A stretch of DNA of 64,000 bases, taken from Bryobacterales bacterium. GTDB lineage: Bacteria > Acidobacteriota > Terriglobia > Bryobacterales > Bryobacteraceae. Position numbers and translations under genes: made by a program. Below the pieces are notes generated by a model that was given only the letters and a program-made list of their open reading frames with translations, had not been told where the DNA came from and searched no databases. How positions within the stretch are numbered: position 1 is the stretch's first letter; each line of letters starts with the position of its first letter. Positions 27,917 through 37,120 of this stretch are shown here, piece after piece. The DNA is taken from assembly GCA_963718465.1 (NCBI GenBank), contig CAVQZK010000015.1, positions 1,184-65,183 of the forward strand, written 5' to 3'.

Positions 27917-28665
27917 TCGGAAGTCTTTCTCCCAATCGCCGGCGGAAGCGTTTCGAGGAACGACAAAGCCATCGGCGTCTCCACTTTGAAGAACGCTTCC
28001 GGCGTCACCATGCATTCCAACTTGCCGCCGTCCAGGACCGCAATTCGCGTCCCAATGGCTAAGGCCTCCAGCAGGTCATGCGTCACAAATACCGACGCCA
28101 CGTTGTACTTCGCCCGCAGCTTCAGGAATTGTTCCTGCATTTCATGGCGGGTCACCGGGTCAAGCGCGCCGAATGGTTCGTCGAACAATAGAAGTCCGGG
28201 CTCTGCTGCCAGCGCCCGGGCCACCGCCACCCGCTGGCGCTGACCTCCCGAAAGCTGGTGCGGCCGCCTTTTTCCAAACTCGCCATCTCCTAATCCAACT
28301 TGTGCCAGCAATTCGTGCGCCCGCTGGCGCTGTTTCTCTTCCGGCCAATTCAAAAGGCGCGGCACCAATGCGACGTTCTGCTCAACGGTCCAATGCGGCA
28401 ACAGACCAAAATCCTGGATTACATAACCTGTCCTGCGGCGCAACGCGATTGGGTCCAAGTGGGCTAAATCCTCGCTATCCAGATGGATAGAGCCGCCGCT
28501 CGGTTCCAACATACGGTTAATCAGCCGCAGCGCCGTCGTTTTGCCCGATCCGCTCCGCCCCAGTAGAACCAGCGTCTCGCCGCGCTCTACATCGAAGCTG
28601 ATTCGATCCAGGATCAACCGGCCGTCAACGCTATAGGTTACATCTCGGAAAGATAAATAGGACAG
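27913..28665 (-). CDS. ABC transporter ATP-binding protein (Opu-type, no CBS domains), probable CTG start
   Basis: Walker A GRSGSGKTT, signature LSGGQRQRVAVARAL, Walker B LLLFDEPFGALD. The conserved first strand LSFRDVTYSVDGR lies upstream of the first canonical start (TTG 28617). The frame opens right after a TAG at CTG 28665, 5 nt downstream of GGGAGG. Confidence 0.85.
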   Translation of the reverse strand: MSYLSFRDVTYSVDGRLILDRISFDVERGETLVLLGRSGSGKTTALRLINRMLEPSGGSIHLDSEDLAHLDPIALRRRTGYVIQDFGLLPHWTVEQNVALVPRLLNWPEEKQRQRAHELLAQVGLGDGEFGKRRPHQLSGGQRQRVAVARALAAEPGLLLFDEPFGALDPVTRHEMQEQFLKLRAKYNVASVFVTHDLLEALAIGTRIAVLDGGKLECMVTPEAFFKVETPMALSFLETLPPAIGRKTSE

Positions 28666-28822
28666 CTATACCTCCCACCCAATTCGCCCCGGAGTACTAC
28701 CAGGTCCAAAGAGCACTATGCGACTCAATCTACTCATGAGAAAATGGCGAACAGGTCACCGGGTTGGAATTGTGAATGCTTAATTTGATTTAAATCTTAA
28801 AGATACGACCCCGCCCTATGAT

Positions 28823-28849
28823 CGATTCAGATTTATTTGCCGATTCAGA
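28823..28849. repeat. Direct 9-bp repeat CGATTCAGA x2 with 18-bp period, upstream of glgP
   Basis: Copies at 28823-28831 and 28841-28849, 52-78 nt before ATG 28901, in an AT-rich gap. Confidence 0.3.
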
Positions 28850-28900
28850 ATAACGTGTATGTTCAGGCACCTCCTTAAGGGAAGTGCTGCCTAATATTCC

Positions 28901-31459
28901 ATGGCGTATCAAATACAACCGCTTAAAGAATTTCTCGTCCGTCCCGCTCTGCCGCCGAATCTGAGCCGCCTTCTGGAACTTGGGTACAATCTGCTCTGGA
29001 GTTGGGACCATAATCTGCGCGCTCTGTTCCGGCGGCTCGACCCGGCACTGTGGAAAGAATGTAATCACAATCCTATTCAATTGCTGGGGCGCATCCCGCA
29101 GGAACGGCTTGACCGTTCGGCGGCCGATCCGCGTTTCCTGCTGCTGTATAGGCGGGCCTGTGAGCGTCACGATGCCTATCTGCACACTAGCATTCCCACC
29201 GGCGCCACCCCGCAGATCGCCTATTTTTCGATGGAATATGGCTTGCTCGATTGCATGCAGATTTATTCCGGCGGGTTAGGCCTGCTCTCTGGCGACCATT
29301 TAAAGGCCGCTAGCGATGGCGATTTCGCCCTCAATGGCGTAGGTCTGCTGTACCAACGGGGCTACCTCCAGCAACACCTGAATCCCGATGGCTGGCAGCA
29401 GGAACGTTTCCCGCTAAACGATTTCTATACGCTGCCAGTTCGGCCCTGCGTTGCGAGCGATGGCGGCGAGGTGATAGTAAGTGTAACTCTGCCCACTGGC
29501 GAGCTTTTTATCAAGGTCTGGCGCATTGATGTCGGCCGTGTAAAACTCTACTTGCTCGACACCAATATTCCACAGAACAAATCGATCGAGCACCGTGAGA
29601 TTACCGATCAACTCTATGGCGGCGACATTCACAAACGTATCCGGCAGGAAATTGTACTTGGCATAGGCGGTTTGCGCGCCCTTGAAAAGCTGAACATAAA
29701 ACCTACCGTTCACCACATGAACGAAGGCCATTCCGCTTTCCTGGCAATTGAGCGCATCCGCATTCTGATGAGTCAAACAGGCTTGACGTTCGAACAGGCG
29801 TTAGAGGCAACGCGCGTCGGGAACGTCTTCACTACTCACACCTCCGTCCCTGCCGGCATCGACCTGTTCGATTCCAGCATGGTCTATGATTATTTCAATC
29901 AGTATTGCCAGCAGGCGGGGTTCCCGTTTGAAAAAATTTTGGTTTTAGGGCGCAAGAACCTGCAGGACATCACCGAGCGTTTCTCGATGGCCGTGCTGGC
30001 CCTGAAAACATCCGCCTTCAGGAATGCGGTAAGCGTTCTTCATCGCGCGGTTTCGCAAGACATGTTCCAGGATCTTTGGCCGAAATTGCCCGTGGAAGAA
30101 GTGCCTATTACGTCCGTCACAAACGGAGTTCATGCACCCACCTGGATCAACGGCGACCTGGCCGGTTTATACGATCAGTATCTCCAGCCCGATTGGCGGG
30201 AGCGCCTTGAAGACGCCCAGATGTGGGAATTAGTTAACGAAATTCCTACTCAGGAATTGTGGGAAATGCACCGCAAACGCAAGCGCCGCATCGTCACGTA
30301 TGTTCGCGAGCGCGCGGTGAATTCGGCGGTGCAGCGCAAGGCATCGGCCGCCGAAGTGCGCCGCCTGCAGGAAGTTCTCGATCCCGACGTGTTCACTATC
30401 GGTTTCGCGCGCCGCTTCGCCACCTATAAGCGTGCTACGCTGCTGTTCCACGATCTGAACCGCCTCAAGAAGATACTGAACAATCCCAAGATGCCCGTCC
30501 AGATAGTCATAGCCGGCAAGGCCCATCCCAAGGACCACCCCGGTAAAACATTGATTCGCGAGATCGTCACGCTGTCGCGCGATCCGCAGGTATCAAAGCG
30601 GCTCATTTTCCTTGAAGACTACAGCATTCAGGTGGCGCGCGAGATGGTCCAAGGCGTTGATTTATGGTTGAACAATCCGCGCCGCGGCGAAGAGGCTTGC
30701 GGAACCAGCGGCATGAAAGCGGCCCTGAATGGCGTGCTCAATCTAAGCGTGCTTGATGGCTGGTTCGACGAAGCTTTTGAAATGTCGGGCGGTTGGGCTA
30801 TAGGCGACCGGGTTCCCTATTCCGAAGATCAGGACGACATTCACGCAAGCGCCATCTATTCAACGCTCGAGAACGAAATTCTTCCGCTCTTCTACCAGAA
30901 TCAGGATTCAGACGAGGATATTCCCACTGAGTGGGTTCGGCGCATGAAAACCAGCATCTCGAAGCTTACTCCTCAGTTCGGTTGTGGTCGTATGTTATCC
31001 GACTACTCCTCTCGTTTGTACGAGCCAGCACATAAGCTCTCGCGGGTGGTTGCGGCGAATAACTTCGATGCAGCGCGCCAGAAAACCGGCTGGGATTCGC
31101 GCATGAACCAGTCGTGGAACGCGATCCGGTTTGTGGATATGGGCGAAGGTCCGGCGGATCAGGTAATGAGCGGTTCAGCGGTACCTTTACGGGCTGTGGT
31201 GGACCTTGCCGGACTCGAACCCGGCGAAGTACGCGTGGAAGCTGTAATTGGCCCCATTGGCGTTAACGGCCAGTTGGAGAGCACTTTTGCTTTGCCGTTG
31301 ATTGCGGGCGAACGCCGCGGAACTGCGGTGGTGTTTACCAATGAGTTTACGGCGCAGCAGACGGGACGTCTCGGTTATTCTATACGTATTAGTCCCAACC
31401 ATTTCGATAACCCACTCACGCGGCCTTGTAATGCGCTCTTGAAATGGGTTTCAGATTAA
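28901..31459 (+). CDS. glgP: Alpha-glucan phosphorylase (GT35, long bacterial form)
   Basis: 852 aa. N-terminal LSRLLELGYNLLWSWD. PLP-lysine region EEACGTSGMKAALNGVLNLSVLDGW. Confidence 0.93.
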   Translation: MAYQIQPLKEFLVRPALPPNLSRLLELGYNLLWSWDHNLRALFRRLDPALWKECNHNPIQLLGRIPQERLDRSAADPRFLLLYRRACERHDAYLHTSIPTGATPQIAYFSMEYGLLDCMQIYSGGLGLLSGDHLKAASDGDFALNGVGLLYQRGYLQQHLNPDGWQQERFPLNDFYTLPVRPCVASDGGEVIVSVTLPTGELFIKVWRIDVGRVKLYLLDTNIPQNKSIEHREITDQLYGGDIHKRIRQEIVLGIGGLRALEKLNIKPTVHHMNEGHSAFLAIERIRILMSQTGLTFEQALEATRVGNVFTTHTSVPAGIDLFDSSMVYDYFNQYCQQAGFPFEKILVLGRKNLQDITERFSMAVLALKTSAFRNAVSVLHRAVSQDMFQDLWPKLPVEEVPITSVTNGVHAPTWINGDLAGLYDQYLQPDWRERLEDAQMWELVNEIPTQELWEMHRKRKRRIVTYVRERAVNSAVQRKASAAEVRRLQEVLDPDVFTIGFARRFATYKRATLLFHDLNRLKKILNNPKMPVQIVIAGKAHPKDHPGKTLIREIVTLSRDPQVSKRLIFLEDYSIQVAREMVQGVDLWLNNPRRGEEACGTSGMKAALNGVLNLSVLDGWFDEAFEMSGGWAIGDRVPYSEDQDDIHASAIYSTLENEILPLFYQNQDSDEDIPTEWVRRMKTSISKLTPQFGCGRMLSDYSSRLYEPAHKLSRVVAANNFDAARQKTGWDSRMNQSWNAIRFVDMGEGPADQVMSGSAVPLRAVVDLAGLEPGEVRVEAVIGPIGVNGQLESTFALPLIAGERRGTAVVFTNEFTAQQTGRLGYSIRISPNHFDNPLTRPCNALLKWVSD

Positions 31460-31705
31460 GCTTAAAAAGGTTGCCAAGCTCTTGGTTCAGTACCCTAACC
31501 CTATGAAACTACGATTTTATGCGTTTCATGCTGGCGCAAAGATTGAATTCATGGTAAATAGAAGATTAGGTGCAGGCGGGACCCGCTAAATAACGCCCTT
31601 CCGAAGTGAGCCACCCCGCCGCTGCCTCCGATGGTCGCGGACTCAACCGGAAGTTGCCTCCGAACCTATCGCAGCGCACCTGTTTGTTAGACAACGCGAG
31701 TAATA

Positions 31706-31719
31706 CACGTAATTACGTG
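31706..31719. promoter_or_regulatory. Perfect 14-bp palindrome CACGTAATTACGTG
   Basis: Read directly. It lies 47 nt upstream of ATG 31766 inside a 306-nt non-coding gap. Confidence 0.3.
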
Positions 31720-31765
31720 ACCCACGCCTGATTTGTTTTTGTTCCCAAGGAGTCGATCAACGCAG

Positions 31766-32248
31766 ATGGACGGAGATCGCAAATACCGCCAAAACGGCTA
31801 CTATGATTCAGATCGCGGTTCAGGCTCTACTCGGGCCGACCGCCCCAAGCAGCAAGGCCTAAGGCCCCCGCTTGACATCACTGGTCCGAAACTTCCACGG
31901 CTTATCCAAAGCGTCGTCGCGTCGCGTTGTTACAACTGTGCTGCAACGCTTGCTTCAGACACCGATTTCAGAGGCAACTGCCCGAAGTGCGGCGCCGCCC
32001 TGCATTGTTGCAAGCAATGCGAGAATTTCGATTCTTCGACCCGCTTTCAATGCCTTAAGCCTATTCCCGTTCGTATCCCAATCAAAGACCAGGCCAATAG
32101 CTGCGAACTTTTTTCCCCAAGGTTTACCGTTGCGCGCGATGCACTGCCCAATGCCCCAGCGGCAAGGCTTGCCGAATCGAACGGTCCGTCACCTCGCAAC
32201 GCCAGCGACGCGCGCGCTGCCTTCGATAGCCTGTTTAAGAAAGCATAG
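31766..32248 (+). CDS. Cys-rich zinc-ribbon protein of unknown function
   Basis: 160 aa from ATG 31766. Cys pairs CYNC, CPKC and CCKQC, plus two further Cys. The N- and C-termini are disordered and basic. Confidence 0.6.
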   Translation: MDGDRKYRQNGYYDSDRGSGSTRADRPKQQGLRPPLDITGPKLPRLIQSVVASRCYNCAATLASDTDFRGNCPKCGAALHCCKQCENFDSSTRFQCLKPIPVRIPIKDQANSCELFSPRFTVARDALPNAPAARLAESNGPSPRNASDARAAFDSLFKKA

Positions 32249-32316
32249 AACTGATATCTTGAGCAATTGGCGCCGCTGCCCAGCGCCACTTTTGTGCGTG
32301 CGTGTCTGTTTGAATA

Positions 32317-32469
32317 ATGGCCTCATCCAAGATAAAGAAGAAGTCAACGAGTTCCACCAAGACCTCCATCATGCCGCGCCAGGGGGCGCTTCCGTGTCTT
32401 ATACTTGTCGGCCTTGCGCTTATTATCATTTCCCTGCTCGTATTCTTTTCGCTCCGTTCAGCGGGTTGA
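32317..32469 (+). CDS. Possible 50-aa single-pass membrane peptide (not in ORF track)
   Basis: ATG 32317 to TGA 32467-32469 gives MASSKIKKKSTSSTKTSIMPRQGALPCLILVGLALIIISLLVFFSLRSAG. It has a basic N-terminus and one TM helix. No SD is visible. Confidence 0.25.
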   Translation: MASSKIKKKSTSSTKTSIMPRQGALPCLILVGLALIIISLLVFFSLRSAG

Positions 32470-32511
32470 CGTAAATCGGCCAAAGCGTGAAAGCAAAATG
32501 GGATGAGACGT

Positions 32512-34287
32512 TTAAGGCAATGGAATCTTTATTCGAACGATATTCGAGTACGCAGATTCGCCGGAGCTGTTGATGGCCCGAACACGGTAACAGACCGTGT
32601 CTCCCGGCGGCACTGCGGCATCGGTAAACTCCGTCCGTGATGGCTGGGTGACGATGCGCTTCCACGCGCCACTGTTTCCGAGTCGCCGTTCCACGGCAAT
32701 CTTAGAGGAGGTTCCTCCATGCACTTGCCAGGCCAGCGTGATATTAGTGCCGGAGGTCTGCGCGGTAAGGCCGCTGGGAACCTCAGGGAGGATCGGCCAA
32801 TTGAAATAACCGGCGTCGGCGATCGCCAGGATGCTGTCGCGAACCGGTAAGGCGTCAAGCGCCTCAGACCTTCCTTCTGCCCAGTGCAGCGGAGTTATTT
32901 CACCCGAAACGACGTCGATGAGCACCGGGTTCTTGATGCCTGAGTTCCTTAGCGTCAGGTTTGCAGTGATGGGGGCGAACGCGCCCCCTGGAATGCTGTG
33001 AGCGGCCATCCAATAGGCGACAATAGCTTTGCCGTTCGCGTTGCGGAAACCATAGGCGAGAAATGGAGAGCCGTTGTGGCGGCGCAGATTGGGTATGTCA
33101 GGCGATTCTATCCCGATTGAAGAATCTAATTTAGTGTCCGCGAATAGTGCATTGGTATTTTGAAGGGCATAAAAGACGGGCCGCGGTGTAAAGTCGTCAG
33201 GAAGATTGCGGAGGCCATGAATAAAGCCGAAATCATCGTACTCATTGCCGTCTACTCCCGCAGTCAATAGCCATACAAACGTGCGGACGCCGGAGGCCAA
33301 GTTGTAGATCAACCCTCGGGGAATGTACTTCGCCTGCACCGATTCATCCGACCCCGTCCAGGAGCCAATTGAATTGAATTCGTCATCCCAGAACTCGATG
33401 TCTTTCCGGATGCCCGGGTAGCTTCGCACGAGTTCGCGAAGCTTGGCAGGCGAATCAGGTCCATAAGCGCCGTAGTCCATGGTCTCCGGATTCAGGTTCT
33501 GTCCGTAGCCTGGATAGGTGTGGTATGCAAAGACATCGATTTGAGAGGCGCACCTGCATTCGTCCAGAGCGCGCTTTGCCCAACTGCTGCTGGGATCCGC
33601 CTGTCCTCCGTAAATCACCTTTGCGGTGGGGTCGGTTTGGTGGACGGCGGGCCCGAAGACGGCTAGTAAGCGGCCATACTCCTCGGGATTGCCCCACGGA
33701 TTCCAATAGCCGATGTCCGGCTCGTTCCAAAGCGCATAGTAGTGGACGCGGCCTCGAAAGTGATTGACCATCCATTTCACATAGCGGATAAACGCGGCGA
33801 CCTCCTCAGGAGACTTGGGAGGCCAAAAGATGGAATTGATGCTGCGGTCGTCGTTATGAAAGGTACCGGGCTCGGGTGTGATCTCGTCGGGTTTCTTGCC
33901 GTTCGGTCCTGTATACATGGGGTTGCCGTACATCAACTGCACCTGGACTTTGACGCCGTTCTCCAAAAGCGAGTCCACATAGTCGTCCACTTCCGGTGCA
34001 ATGGCGAAAACACCGCGTCTGCGCTCGACCCAATCCCAACTCGTCGGGTCGGAACTGTTCTCGTACTGCCCGATGCGTATCCAGCTTACGCCGGCGTCGA
34101 ACATGCGCGTCCACCACCAGCGGTTCCAAGGCAGATAGGGCTCGCGCGGAAGGTCGGAGTTGATGCCGAAGCCGTTCTGGATCTGTGAAGACCGCTTGGG
34201 CGGCACATGGCTGGGAGTTTCCGCGAACGAAAGAGACGCAGCAAGGCAGATGCATGCGGCGGCTGCTCGGGTCAGTTTGTGAAACAC
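32512..34287 (-). CDS. Exported clan GH-A (TIM-barrel, GH39/GH5-like) glycoside hydrolase with C-terminal Fn3 domain
   Basis: Signal peptide (AAACICLAASLSFA). Acid/base motif YYALWNEPD, nucleophile region EFWDDEFNS. Fn3-like C-terminus (NITLAWQ..CYRVRAINSSGESAYSN). Confidence 0.85.
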   Translation of the reverse strand: MFHKLTRAAAACICLAASLSFAETPSHVPPKRSSQIQNGFGINSDLPREPYLPWNRWWWTRMFDAGVSWIRIGQYENSSDPTSWDWVERRRGVFAIAPEVDDYVDSLLENGVKVQVQLMYGNPMYTGPNGKKPDEITPEPGTFHNDDRSINSIFWPPKSPEEVAAFIRYVKWMVNHFRGRVHYYALWNEPDIGYWNPWGNPEEYGRLLAVFGPAVHQTDPTAKVIYGGQADPSSSWAKRALDECRCASQIDVFAYHTYPGYGQNLNPETMDYGAYGPDSPAKLRELVRSYPGIRKDIEFWDDEFNSIGSWTGSDESVQAKYIPRGLIYNLASGVRTFVWLLTAGVDGNEYDDFGFIHGLRNLPDDFTPRPVFYALQNTNALFADTKLDSSIGIESPDIPNLRRHNGSPFLAYGFRNANGKAIVAYWMAAHSIPGGAFAPITANLTLRNSGIKNPVLIDVVSGEITPLHWAEGRSEALDALPVRDSILAIADAGYFNWPILPEVPSGLTAQTSGTNITLAWQVHGGTSSKIAVERRLGNSGAWKRIVTQPSRTEFTDAAVPPGDTVCYRVRAINSSGESAYSNIVRIKIPLP

Positions 34288-34331
34288 GTTCAGACGGTAC
34301 CTCTGCGACCGCGTTTCCTGGAAGTATACCG

Positions 34332-34559
34332 TTATGACGCTTGGTTCGCGACCGGGATGCCGTGTTCTTCGAGGGTCCCGCGAACTTCTTTGGCGGATAG
34401 GCGCGAGGCGTCGTATTCGACGAATATGCCATCGCCCGCGTTCGTCAAGCGGGTGGCAAAGAAGCCGTAGACAGCATGCAGCCGGGCAATCTGCTTCAGA
34501 TCTTCGTCCCGCAAGGCGCGGGACAACTTAAATGAAAGCTGCACCTTTGTCATCGGCAT
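34332..34559 (-). CDS. Small (75 aa) cytoplasmic protein of unknown function upstream of the glycosidase
   Basis: MPMTKVQLSFKLSRALRDEDLKQIARLHAVYGFFATRL..GIFVEYDASRLSAKEVRGTLEEHGIPV. The beta-alpha-beta-like pattern is consistent with coding. The longer listed ORF (to 34817) overlaps the ADOP gene start and is unlikely. Confidence 0.5.
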   Translation of the reverse strand: MPMTKVQLSFKLSRALRDEDLKQIARLHAVYGFFATRLTNAGDGIFVEYDASRLSAKEVRGTLEEHGIPVANQAS

Positions 34560-34716
34560 CAGAATAGCATTTTGGGATGCCGCACAAGCTGTCCGAAATC
34601 GACGCAAGGACTTCGCAGATTCGCGACGGCACGGGCTGCCAGCGCGGGAAGCCGGGTCATACCTGCAATGGCTGCCGTCATCGGGGCTTGGCAGGATAAT
34701 TGCGTAAGGATCAGAA

Positions 34717-37119
34717 ATGTTTAGAGAACTTAGGTTCGCGATGCGGCGGCTGGGGAAAGCGCCCGGTTTTGCGTTAATGGCGGTGCTTACGCTGGCTTTA
34801 GGCATTGGCGCGAACACCGCAATATTTTCGGTAGTAAATGGCGTTCTGCTGAAGCCGCTGCGCTTTCCGGCACCGCAGGAATTGATGGCGATTCAGGAGC
34901 GGATTACGACCCCGCAGAAAGGCGTGGAAAAGCTCCCGGTGAATGCAAACCACTTCGCGTACTGGCGTGAGCACGGCAAAACGTTTGCGGATATGGCAGC
35001 GCTGATCACGGATTCCAAGCCACTGGGCGGCGGCGTTCCGGAGGAGATTGGCGTAGTAGAACAGACTGCGAATCTGTTTACAGTGCTGGGAGTGCGGCTG
35101 CAATTGGGACGCACATTCACGCATGTAGAGGAACAGCCGGGCCATGGCGACGTGGTGATTTTGACGGACGGGCTGTGGCGGCGGCGGTTCGCCGCTGATT
35201 CGGCAATTTTGGGACGTTCGATTGTGCTGGACGGGAAACCGTACAGAGTAGTGGGCGTTCTGCCGGCTAACTTGGCGATGCCGGATTCGAATGCGGCGGA
35301 AGCGTTTGTACCGTTTCAGTGGACGGCGGATGTTCTGCAGGAGACGGAGGGCGATCACAACTATGTCGCGATTGGACGGTTGAAGCCGGGAGCCGGCGCG
35401 GTACAGGCGGCTGGAGACTTGAACTCGATGCAGCACACGATTTCACTTACCACGCCGGACAAGGTGAACTTGAGTGCGCTGGTGACTCCGTTAACGGAGC
35501 ATGTTGTAGGGGGCAGCCGGAGATCGTTGGTTCTGCTGCTGGCGGCGGTGGGTGCGGTGTTTCTGATCGCCTGCGTGAACATTACGAATTTGCTGCTGAC
35601 GAGAGCCGTAGGAGGAGGGCAGGAGGCGGCGGTTCGGAGTGCGCTTGGAGCCACTCGGAGGCAACTCATATGGGGTGCATTGGCGGAACCGTTTCTGTTA
35701 GCCGGCGTGGGAGGCGCGCTGGGCGTGATGGTGGCGATGCTGGCCGTGCCGGTTCTTCTGGGAAGCGCGCCTGCGGATATGCCGAGATTGATGGATGTGC
35801 AAATAGATTGGGTGACGCTGGCGTTTGCGGCGGGAGTTTCCTGCATCGCAGCGGCGCTTTGCGGAGCGGCTCCGGCGTGGCATTATTCGCGGCTCGATCC
35901 CCAAAGGGCGATGGGCACGAAGACAAGATGGATGAGCGAATCACAAGCAGGTAAACGGCTGCGGAGCGGGTTGATTGTAGGGCAGGTGGCGGCGAGTGTA
36001 GCGCTGGTGATTACGGCTGGTGTTTTTGTGATGAGCATCGTGAAGCTGTTGGACGTCGACAGGGGGTTCCAAGGAGCGCACGTGGTTACGGCGAATGTGG
36101 TGCTGCCCGACAGACAGTACGGAGATCACAAGGTCCGGAGTGATTTCTACCAGCGAGTGTTGCGGCAAGTGAAACAAATTCCAGGCGTGGAGGCGGCCGG
36201 AGCGGTGAGTGTACTGCCGCTGGCGGGAGACAACTGGGGCGACCTGATTTCGCGAATCGGTGATAATAGGCCGTTGTTCGAGCGGCCCGGCGCGCATTTC
36301 CGCTGGAATACTCCGGGCTATTTCGAAACTCTGCAAATTCCGTTGATAGCGGGGCGGTATTGGGGTGAGCAGGATAGAGGGAAGAACGTCGCTGTTGTTT
36401 CAAAACAGGTAGCCGAAGCAGTGTGGCCGCGCCAGACGGCGATTGGGCAGATATTCCGGCGAGGCGATCCCGATGAGAAGCCTTTTGAGGTGGTGGGAGT
36501 AGTGGGCAACGTGCGCAGCATTGATTTGAGCGAGCCATTCCCGAATATGGTTTATGTGCCGGACTGGTATCGCAATAGGGAGACCGCATCGATAGTAGCG
36601 CGGACGAGCCAGGACCCGCGAGCCCTGATTCCGGAGCTTCGGAAGGCGATTTGGAGTGTGGACGCGGAGGTGCCTGTGCCTTTGACGCGGACCATGGAAA
36701 CCGTAGTCGATGGGTCGGTAGCCGCTCGGCGATTCGAGATGTATCTGCTGATAGGGTTCGCGGGTACGGCGTTGCTGTTGGCGAGTTTGGGGATTTATGG
36801 AGTGGTGTCGTATTCCGCGGCGCAGCGGACGCGGGAAATTGGCATCAGGATGGCGTTAGGAGCGGGCATAGGCAATGTGTACAGTCTCATTCTGCGCGAA
36901 GGCGTAATGCCTGTCGTGGCGGGAACGATCCTGGGCGTCGGGCTGGCGTGGATAGCGGGGCGTTTCTTGAGCGCAATGCTGTTCCAGGTGAGCGTGTCGG
37001 ACCCGCTGATTAATGGGTTGGCGAGCGGGTTATTGATTGTGGTGGGAGTAGCGGCCTGTTTGCTGCCGGCAGCGCGGGCGGCGAATACGGAACCGTTGGA
37101 GGCGCTCCGGTACGAGTGA
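34717..37119 (+). CDS. ADOP-type MacB-like permease (intact)
   Basis: 800 aa. N-terminus FAMRRLGKAPGFALMAVLTLALGIGANTAIFSVVNGVLL. Two MacB_PCD/FtsX halves (..IGIRMALGAGIGNVYSLILREG..). No ATPase gene next to it. Confidence 0.9.
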   Translation: MFRELRFAMRRLGKAPGFALMAVLTLALGIGANTAIFSVVNGVLLKPLRFPAPQELMAIQERITTPQKGVEKLPVNANHFAYWREHGKTFADMAALITDSKPLGGGVPEEIGVVEQTANLFTVLGVRLQLGRTFTHVEEQPGHGDVVILTDGLWRRRFAADSAILGRSIVLDGKPYRVVGVLPANLAMPDSNAAEAFVPFQWTADVLQETEGDHNYVAIGRLKPGAGAVQAAGDLNSMQHTISLTTPDKVNLSALVTPLTEHVVGGSRRSLVLLLAAVGAVFLIACVNITNLLLTRAVGGGQEAAVRSALGATRRQLIWGALAEPFLLAGVGGALGVMVAMLAVPVLLGSAPADMPRLMDVQIDWVTLAFAAGVSCIAAALCGAAPAWHYSRLDPQRAMGTKTRWMSESQAGKRLRSGLIVGQVAASVALVITAGVFVMSIVKLLDVDRGFQGAHVVTANVVLPDRQYGDHKVRSDFYQRVLRQVKQIPGVEAAGAVSVLPLAGDNWGDLISRIGDNRPLFERPGAHFRWNTPGYFETLQIPLIAGRYWGEQDRGKNVAVVSKQVAEAVWPRQTAIGQIFRRGDPDEKPFEVVGVVGNVRSIDLSEPFPNMVYVPDWYRNRETASIVARTSQDPRALIPELRKAIWSVDAEVPVPLTRTMETVVDGSVAARRFEMYLLIGFAGTALLLASLGIYGVVSYSAAQRTREIGIRMALGAGIGNVYSLILREGVMPVVAGTILGVGLAWIAGRFLSAMLFQVSVSDPLINGLASGLLIVVGVAACLLPAARAANTEPLEALRYE

Positions 37120-37120
37120 C

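Noticed and set aside
31872-32474. A 200-aa plus-strand ORF overlaps the Zn-ribbon gene in another frame.
   Set aside because: It has no motifs and a Arg/Pro/Ala-biased composition. The alternative frame gives the conserved Cys-pair pattern.
34798-35846. Minus-strand ORFs of 212 and 161 aa lie inside the second ADOP permease.
   Set aside because: They are antisense shadow ORFs with Arg/Pro-rich translations, and the plus-strand gene is intact and family-typical.
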